Below are positions 54,601-64,000 of a DNA stretch of 64,000 nucleotides, one piece after another. How positions within the stretch are numbered: the stretch's first letter is position 1; the number at the start of each line of letters is the position of its first letter. Source of the DNA: Octopus vulgaris (Eukaryota); the NCBI GenBank assembly GCA_951406725.2, contig OX597817.1, positions 31,930,001-31,994,000 of the forward strand. Direction: 5' to 3'. The notes under the pieces were generated by a model, which was given only the letters and a program-made list of their open reading frames with translations, was not told the origin of the DNA and searched no databases. A program made the translations under genes and the position numbers.

Positions 54601-55536
54601 ACCTAATATCTGGAACCCGAAGGAATTATTGCACTCACTAACATCTTTAACTACCCATAAATTACCCGCCGCCAAATCCCCTTGAAACTAAATACCGAGC
54701 AGATTATAGCAATTCTGAAACCAAACGAAACCCTAACCTAAGTAGTATCGTACATACTCATCACTTCCTATGCACACCCACCGTACATATAATCGAGGAT
54801 TTACTACATTACCAGCGACAATAACAAGAACAACAACAATAGTGGCAGCAACAACACATCAATAGTTTCTTTAGAAATATTTTTCGATCCTTTAATAGTT
54901 TAGTTGGCCATATCGATCCCTGTTCTTAAGGGTTCGTTCTTATTTTCTCGATATCTATTTGTCAAACCACTAAGTTACATAAAGATACGCATTAAAATAT
55001 CTTCTTTTACACTGCTCTTAAACATAAGCACATACAGTCTCTCTCTATCTTCCCCTCTCTCACACAGACATACATACAAACACGCATAAATTCATACGCA
55101 CACAAACCCACAAACACACATACACACACTCACACACAGGCGCTCGAGCACGTACCTTAGATAGTCCTAACTCTCAACTCTTATCAGTCCATTCTTCTAT
55201 CAACAGCTGGCTAGCGGCTCCTTTTATGTTTATAAGCATGTACTTTACGTATGCGTGCATGCGTATGTCAGAATATATCTTCGTATGCGAGAGGAAACCT
55301 TTTCTATATCCTTCCTTCAAAATCGACCGTATGTAAGTGTTTGTACGTGTGCGTGTACATTCGTCAATCCTTCTTCTTCACGCTGGTTTTCTCTATAGAC
55401 ACCGACAAAACAATTGACTTTTGAGTTCAACAAATATTGTGTCATCGTCTATTCAACGTCATGACGAGGTGACTTGACCTACCATCCGATATTTCATTGT
55501 CTTAACAAAAGGCTATACATTGAGGAAACTCTAGAT

Positions 55537-55859
55537 TACGGGTTCTCAACCATTTTTATCAATGGATCCCTTTGTTTTCTATTTTATTCTGGTGGACCTC
55601 CCCACCCCGTAGCCATTCAATGTTTAAATACTAGTTTTATAAAAACTTCAAAATTCCTAATTTGTTTTTCCGACATTCACTTGTGTAGGTTACCGAACTG
55701 TTTCTTGCAATATATACCAATAATATATCTAGAGCAAAATTATCTCAGGCGCTCTTATTATACTGCTGAAGATCCCAAATTTGCTGTTTTGTTACGTTGA
55801 CCCCCCAAAATTTTATATGAACACCCAGAGACCATATAGGCCACCATTGAAAACCACTG
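55537..55859. mobile_element. hAT (Charlie-like) MITE
   Basis: TIR-like ends gggttctcaac / ttgaaaaccactg; imperfect 8-bp TSD ctctagat/ctctggag. Confidence 0.7.
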
Positions 55860-56533
55860 CTCTGGAGTAATAGGCTACTTATTGGTTCAACCTAAATAAA
55901 CTTCTACACGCTACATAGAATTGTGTACATTTTTCCCGTTCGTTAGTAGCAATATATAACTATATATCCGTTTAGTTTTTGTTTGCCTCAACACATACAT
56001 ACATACATGCATACATACATACATACATACATACATACATACATACATACATACATACATACATACATACATACATAATTCAAACCTTAGGTGTGACAGA
56101 GTAAACATTTTTAGGATCGTCGTTAATGTTGTATATAAATGGCAAAAGTATGTTACCAACTTTATGAACTGGAATAACTCAAAGAGCTGAGTTTTCCAGT
56201 GAAGGAATAAGGTGGAGTACAGAAAATATCCAGCCAACCGCGACGAATATTTTCGTCGGAAGTAGAAACTAGAACTGGGACACTCGATATTGAAATAGCT
56301 ATGTGTAATAAAGTTTACGAGAGACTCGTTTGTTTAATCCGAAATCCCTTGAGTCTTAATCTGAATGAAGGGTGTATTTACAAATACACAGACACATCGA
56401 CACACCACACGTATACACACAAACAAAGATTAAAAAACAAACAAACAGATTCACATATGTGCACATAGATAATGTTTATTAATACACCCACACATATACA
56501 TTTACATGAATGTATATATTATGTACGTATATG

Positions 56534-56565
<32 letters not shown>

Positions 56566-56579
56566 TGTATGTATGTATG

Positions 56580-56651
<72 letters not shown>

Positions 56652-56753
56652 GAGCGTGCGGGAGAAGTAGGATGGAAAGAAACAGACCAACAACATAGAT
56701 TGCTAGATATATAGACAGAGAAGATATTTCCAGTGATATATGTATGTGTATAC

Positions 56754-56799
<46 letters not shown>

Positions 56800-56850
56800 T
56801 GAGTGTGTATGTGCATACACACACACGCACTCACACACATATATATACAA

Positions 56851-56881
<31 letters not shown>

Positions 56882-57124
56882 CATATGTATATGTATACAC
56901 ATATACATATGTGTAAAAGCAAAACTACCCATATTCACACGCATTTATATGTAGATACACACAATATATACATCTCAGTTTATGTTTTGTGCGTATAGAG
57001 TAGAGGTTGTGTTAATGTGAGGGTTATTAAGTTATAAAGACATAAAATTCAACAAGCATTTGCTATAAAGAATCATCTACTATAAGTAGGGATAAATTTA
57101 TTATATATATTACTTTCTACTCCT

Positions 57125-57577
57125 TGGCACAAGACCCGAAATTTTGGTGGAGGGGGCCAGTCGATTAGATGGACCGCAGTACGCAACTGGTACTTAATTT
57201 ATCGTAAGGTGGTGAGCTGGCAGAAACATTAGGGCAGCGGGCGAAATGCTTAACGGTATTTTGTCTGCCGTTACGTTGTGAGTTCAAATTCCGCAGAGGT
57301 CGACTTTGCCTTTCATCCTTTCAGGGTCGATAAATTAAGTACCAGTTACGCACTGGGGTCGATGTAATCGACTTGATACCTATGTCTGTCTTTGTTTGTC
57401 CAGTCTATGTTTAGCCCCTTGTGGGTAATAAAGAAATAGGTACTTAATTTATCGACCCTGAAAGGATGAAAGGTAAAGTCGACTTCGGCGGAATTTGAAC
57501 TCAGAATCCAAAGACAAACGAAATACTGCTAAGCAGTTCGCCCGGTGTGCTAACGTTTCTGCCAGCTCGCCGCCTTA
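57125..57577. mobile_element. SINE family B (+) inserted in antisense into another B copy (-)
   Basis: 16-bp TSD ggtacttaatttatcg at about 57189 and 57439. Confidence 0.88.
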
Positions 57578-57649
57578 AATTTATTATATATATTGGGTTG
57601 ACTAAGATCTCATCTTTCGCATTAGAGTGGCCATTCTAGGGATGGTACA

Positions 57650-58110
57650 GTTTCAGATGTGCGGGCAGCAATCTAAAGTAGGTCTCACATAAGCTTTGTA
57701 GTTTTAAGGGACGAAATATCTTCTGGCTCTGAAGATAAAGCCCCATGTCTTAGTGATACAGTATTTGTCTTATTAGAGATGAGCTTTTGCCTGGAAGGAG
57801 GCTTTTCAGTAAGAGTAAAGCTTTGCATTTGAAGCAATTGTGAGATTTCTTGAACGAATGCTGGATCAAGCAAATGGGAGCTGTGCGGTAGTGCTTTCTT
57901 TATATGAGCAGTGTTTGTGTCTATTTGTCACTGAAGAGAATGCGATTACTACCCACCTGCTCCACCGTTGGAGAATATATATGATGTCTTCGTACTGGGA
58001 GTCGATGCAGGTTTGAGTGGAGAGTGTGTGTCACCTGCTTAAGTGTGAGCATCGTCGGAGGCGATGGAAAGAGGATCGTTGATATATAAGAGGAAAAGCG
58101 TGAAGGACAA
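57650..58110 (-). mobile_element. Decayed LINE reverse transcriptase fragment (Jockey/CR1-like)
   Basis: SDDAHT (YADD-like) and YKAYVRPTLDCCPHI* (LYKAxxRPxLEYCxxxW-like). Confidence 0.55.
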
Positions 58111-58233
58111 ACCCGAATGCTAAGACACACATGAATTGTTAGATGGTAGATGAAAGTGTGCTTCTTTTAGAATAGTCTGATAGGAACTTGAGATTAAAAA
58201 GACGAAGATAGAAGGAACCCACACTTGTAAAGT

Positions 58234-58388
58234 TTTACATTATTTACAATTGACGAATATTTGTCTTCATCTTGTTTGTTGTTAACACAACGTTTCGGCT
58301 GATATACCCTCCATCCTTCAACAGGTGTCTTGGGGGAAATTTCGAACCTGGGTTCTCATTCCTAAGGTATTTTTCGATGTTGTTGTTA

Positions 58389-58431
<43 letters not shown>

Positions 58432-58610
58432 TCATGTCACTGCCTGGAATCGAACTCGGAATCTTGGGGTTAATAGCCCGCGCTCTTAAGCACTACGCCA
58501 TATATCAGCCGAAACGTTGTGTTAACAACAAACAGGATGAGGACAAATATCAATCAATTGTAAATAATGTAAATAATGTACATAATTCCTCATCTCTTAA
58601 ATATAGAACT
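58234..58610 (-). mobile_element. tRNA-headed element with hammerhead-bearing 3' end and inverted terminal copy
   Basis: A box TGGCGTAGTG and B box GTTCGATTCC (58503-58438), (AAT)n, hammerhead 58284-58329; 58234-58306 is an inverted repeat of 58501-58573. Confidence 0.65.
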
Positions 58611-60483
58611 ATGAACAATTTTATCTGGAGATTTGAACACCAGCTACAGTCGAAAAGTTTGCTGATGTTGAGGACAATATGACTGGTTTCAAGAATTCCT
58701 CAAAATAGGTTATGTCAGAGTACTAAATCGATTAGACCCAGTGCCCAGCCTCTGCCTCTTTCTCAAGGATTTTGTGTTGTAAGAAAGTAAGAAATCTTTA
58801 TTTTATTGCCCCAGAAAGATAAAAGCCAAAGTTGATACTGAGATTTGAACACTGTGTAATAAAAGTAGCGGCAAGAAAAACATACGAAGGAAAAACAAAA
58901 ACGGTAACTTAAATTGTAATTTGCTTTCTTAGTCCGCTCTATAAACTGTATGTTTAATGACAATGTCTATGGCAATTCAGTTAAATGTTCGAGAGATAAA
59001 AAGCTGTGTATTCGTGATGTAATTAGAATTGAATATAACCGGAAGTTACTCAAGTATATAAAAATCGAAATCAAAATAGGAATAAAATATAGTGAAGAAG
59101 CAGTATTTTCATTAACGATTGGTATTTATCAGAAGTGTATGCCTTATCGTGTTTTCCAAAAATGTTTATCGTTCGACCATGACGTCTCCATTGCTTTAGA
59201 AATGTTGAGTCAAGTATTTTTGCTCACACACATATAACGTAGGTATATATATACAGACATACACACACACATATATATATGTACGTATGTATGCATGTGT
59301 GTATGCATGTGTGTATGTATGTTTTTTTTACTTTTGCTGACTATGACCATGATAGATCTTCGCCGCTATCAGATTTTACATTCTCATACTTACCACAGTA
59401 CGCATATACAGAAGTTAAACGTCGACTTATTGAATATTCTATGCAAAACATCTCCATGTCGAAAAAAATGGAAGAAAAACAAAGCTACAAATGTTAGCGA
59501 CTTTAAAAAAAAAGGGGGTGCAAATAATTTCAAGAAAATAAAACAATATCTGCATGCTAAGTAGAAGGCAAATTCAATTCTACTTTCTTCTTTTTTTTTC
59601 TTTTTTGCATCCAAGAGATGGCGATGAACATATTTCGGTCTCTGAGGCCTAATTATGGTCTCATGAAGCCTGTTAATTAATTCATATAGATTTTTACGCA
59701 TATCAAAGGACTTTTGGTAAGTACAATATATTTCTAGGAATTTGCCCCCCTTTCTTTGACAGTCACTGGCTTCGTGTTTTCCTTTCCCACCTGTGAAGTA
59801 AGTTTCAATTAAGAAATTTGGGAGTACGATAATTATATATATATTTAGTATGGGGAACGTTCTTCTGTGGCTTTTTTCTTCGCCATATTGTCGTTGTTTT
59901 ATACAGATCAAGAGACAAGAGGAAATCATTGCAGTTTAGTGATATCCAGTAAGACCGTTACCCAAATCTGGCAGTTACTTTTAAACATCTGCTAAAAATA
60001 GGTTTCTTAAAGAGGTTCCCGTTTACCAGAATACGAATAAAAAAAATTATTAATCATGCATTAGTTTATGATTCTACGCCAAAAAAGGCATCACTTTCAA
60101 AGTTTGCATTTCATAACAAGAGTTTTACTAAATGCATACTTATAATTGGTATTCTTCTATGTTGTTCTCTAAAACAATATTCGTCATGTACGTAATCCTA
60201 TATTTTTAATTATCAATGTGTAGGTAAAATATGTATAGGTTTATTTCAGTTTTATATGCAAGGTTAAAAAATATGCATAGTGTTAAAACTTTCGAAATTC
60301 TTACACACACACATGCATTCATACGTAGACATGCATGTATCATATATACATATATAAATATAAACACACACACGGAAAGACAGAGCGATACACTGATAAA
60401 CATGCATACATACTCACAGACAGACAAATGTGCATACATACAGACAGACAGACAAATACATATATACTTATATACATCTGTCG

Positions 60484-60529
<46 letters not shown>

Positions 60530-60559
60530 GTGTGTGTGTGTGTGTGTGTGTGTACGCTT

Positions 60560-60754
60560 GTATGTCTGTGTTTGTCGCTCGCCTACCATCTCTTGACAAC
60601 CGATGCTGATGTGTTTACGTACCTGTAACTTAGCGGCTCGGCAAAGGGACCGATAGAATAAGTACTAGTCCTACAAAGAATAAGGCCTGTGTCGATTTGT
60701 TCGACTGCAGCATAGGCCACAGTCAAATGACTGAAACAAATAAAAGAGTAAAGA

Positions 60755-60755
<1 letters not shown>
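60560..60755 (+). mobile_element. SINE family A 3' half
   Basis: Matches family tail. Confidence 0.8.
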
Positions 60756-60796
<41 letters not shown>

Positions 60797-60811
60797 TCAC
60801 CACTTTGATAT

Positions 60812-60849
<38 letters not shown>

Positions 60850-61765
60850 CATACACATAATATGCATATATATATAGATACACATAATAACTTTTTGATA
60901 GTTCATTTCAGGAACTGAAACATGTTATAATGTATATATAAAAATTAAAAATTGTATAATACAGCAGCATTTTCGAACTTCATTTTTTACAAATATATAT
61001 ATATATATACATACACATAATATGCATATATATATAGATACACATACATATACATAAATATTACACTCACAGATTCACACACGGACACGCACGCACACAC
61101 ACATGCTCAGACACGTGGTGCTATTAAGCTACACTTGGCCTGGACCAATCTTTGGTCGAAACATATCAAAGTTATTTAAGTTATCTAAGTTATATATGTA
61201 AATGTATTCTGTATATCGTTTTAAATCAACTTGCTATCAGTTCGAGTTAATCTAGTAAAGAGAAATGCTCCGTAAAATTAGATCTAATTAGCAATTACAT
61301 AGAATAAACACTGATAAAGAGCGACTTAAAGACTTTAAAGAAACCTCGTTGCATAAAAGTCTGAGATATTCATTGTATTGGTGCCGTAGCTACCACCACT
61401 GACAGGACGTATCTGAGTACTATAAAGATAGGGCAATCTGTTGGTGTTCTTTGTGTCTCTCTGCTATTCATTACATTTCATGTTAATTTCTAGTTATTTG
61501 ATCAATGACGCGGAGCAAAGACACGGAGTCTCGGTTCGTAAATCATGATATGAACTACGCAATTTACGGGCCAAACTTTATTACATATACACAACGTCGT
61601 GTGCTTGTGGGAGAGACATTAAAATGTACGATGCTCATGACGTTTACATGATTTTGAATGACTTAAAAGCGCTGAATAGACCAATATCTGACTGCAAGAC
61701 ATTAGAGTTATCTTGTTATAGTTGGGAAAAGTCATTTTTGAAAACAACTATAAATCAATCTCACC

Positions 61766-61997
61766 TATTTCTTTACTACCCACAAGGGGCTAAACACAGA
61801 TGGGACGAACAAGGACAGACAAACGGATTAAGACGATTATATCGACCCCAGTGTGTAACTGGTACTTATTTAATCGACCCCGAAAGGATGAAAGGCAAAG
61901 TCGACCTCGGCGGAATTTGAACTCAGAACGTAACGGCAGACGAAATACGGCTACGCATTTCGCCCGGCGTGCTAACATTTCTGCCAGCCCGCCGCCT
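61766..61997 (-). mobile_element. SINE family B, full length
   Basis: TSD taaatcaatctcacc. Confidence 0.9.
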
Positions 61998-62498
61998 AAT
62001 AAATCAATCTCACCGGTTATTGTTTGTCTATATTTCACTTTTTCTTTCTCTGTACCGGTTGATGTTTGTTTATACCCTAAAATAATAAGCAAAAAAACTA
62101 CCGATTATTGGAGTGAAAATATTTTTTGTGACATAAACAAGCTGCAGTTGTTTTGAGAAAATGAAGAGACTAGAAAAACAGACAAATAACAAGTTTATAG
62201 GTTTTAGAAATTATAACTCTTCCTAAATATAACAGTATTGGTTTCAACACACGTTTCCAGATCCAAATTTTTGCAAAACAAATTTTTAAAAAACTACAGT
62301 TATCATTTTCCTTCGTTAATGTGTGACGTCAATATATGTGAAATAGAAGGTTTAGTTAACAAAACTTTACTGCCACGCGTACATATCTACACCAGGTATT
62401 ACACAGAAGTCGCTTGATGAAGACCTACGCATTATATGCATATATGTACATGAACATATCTACTCACATATATCCACACACATGTATAAATACGTGTG

Positions 62499-62530
<32 letters not shown>

Positions 62531-62706
62531 TATATATATATATATACAAACACACACGTATATATATGTGTGATTGTGTGTGTGTGTGTGTGTATGTGTG
62601 CGTGTATATGATTCTGTGTGTGTGTGTGTGTGTATTTCATATATTTCGTGTTACGCTAAGAAGTGATGCATGGTACCAGAATTTTCGAGTTGAGTCAAAT
62701 GTATAC

Positions 62707-62771
<65 letters not shown>

Positions 62772-62778
<7 letters not shown>

Positions 62779-63346
62779 AAATGAGATAGGGGTTGAAAAT
62801 TCAACCCACCATGGGATAATATACATCCAATATACTGCTAGATAGGTACCCAACAAAAATTAATACATAGATGTTAGAAATTGTCAAGCAATCAGTTCAT
62901 CTATTGTATTAAATGGGTAAGGGTAATAATATTACCGTAAATTAATACTACAAAATTAGAGAATGGAGAAACATACTTAAATCAATAAAGCATCAACTAT
63001 CTGATGATACTAATCCATACTTTAATACACCATTACATAGGAGTAAAGGCAATATATAAAATGAAATGAGATATACAGTAATAGTAAAAGTAAAAGTAAA
63101 AGTAAAAGATAAAGAGATATAAGTAAAAATACAAATACAATATGCAAATAAATTTGCATATTGTATTTGTAATTTTTACTTATATCTCTTTATCTTTTAC
63201 TTTTACTTTTACTTTACTATTACTGTATATCTCATTTCATTTTATATATTGCCTTTACTCCTATGTATATTAAAGTATGGATTGAGTATCATCGATAGTT
63301 GATGCTTTATTGATTTAAGTATGTTTCTCCATTCTCTAATTTTGTA

Positions 63347-63350
<4 letters not shown>
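62772..63350. mobile_element. ~405-bp palindrome (62945-63350) plus unpaired extension between (TA)n tracts; Penelope-like architecture
   Basis: Arms near-identical apart from small indels, 2-nt loop at 63150-63151. Confidence 0.65.
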
Positions 63351-63399
<49 letters not shown>

Positions 63400-63670
63400 C
63401 ATATATATATATCTACATATATATATATGTGTGTGTGTGTATATATATACATGTGTGTATATATATATACATATATTAATATATGCATTATATACTTATA
63501 TATATATATATTCTATATGCATACATGCATATAGATATATATATATATACATACTTACATATATCAGTTTCTGCTACTCTCTTCCACTTTATCTCTATAC
63601 CTCCTGTCTCTGTCACGTAAGAACATGTATAGGCACATATATTTCATAATTTACAGAGGTATGTACAGAC

Positions 63671-63705
<35 letters not shown>

Positions 63706-64000
63706 CATACATACATGTATATATATTAGATATGTGTGTGTGTGTGCGGATGTGTGAACTTATAATGCGATATTAAGGAGGTTAAGAAAATGAGCAATAT
63801 TCGTTGAATAAACGTTAACTGGGCGGAGTAGTATAATATAAGCAATTTGAACGTCGTTAGTATTTGGTTAGAGTTTACTATGTTATCATTCATCTCCCTC
63901 GTGTAAAACCTTACACCCATCTACGGCTCTTCAGCTGTTTTGCTAACCCCCATCGATTGATTGTTGCGTATACACAAAGCTCCAATTTCAGTATGATTAG

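Noticed and set aside
58438-58503. Functional tRNA gene (also the SINE heads)
   Set aside because: No acceptor stem and imperfect T-arm; embedded in repeat bodies
59390-59929. 179-aa ORF
   Set aside because: No recognisable domain or splice structure; may be a transposon relic but unsupported
62960-63020. Type II hammerhead from gaaac..ctgatga
   Set aside because: Stems cannot be built with correct spacing

Overview
AT-rich, microsatellite-saturated eukaryotic DNA. The SINE and microsatellite content strongly suggests an octopus (cephalopod) intronic or intergenic region; this is an inference. No intact host protein-coding gene was recognised, and most supplied ORFs are microsatellite or SINE translation artefacts. 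The window holds many copies of three SINE families, decayed LINEs (RTE, CR1, Jockey/CR1-like, two R4/Dong-type RLE elements), Tc1, mariner, maT (DD37D) and piggyBac relics, hAT MITEs and non-autonomous Helitrons. The most notable structure is a set of fold-back insertions, mostly at (TA)n tracts, several carrying type-I hammerhead ribozyme motifs typical of Penelope-like element pseudo-LTRs. These include a near-perfect 410-bp palindrome and a tRNA-headed element ending in a hammerhead. Also notable: a non-coding element inserted repeatedly into (AAT)n beside R4/Dong LINEs, self-targeting multimeric SINEs, a possible composite Helitron carrying a piggyBac fragment, and a templated patchwork duplication that preserves that Helitron's empty site.
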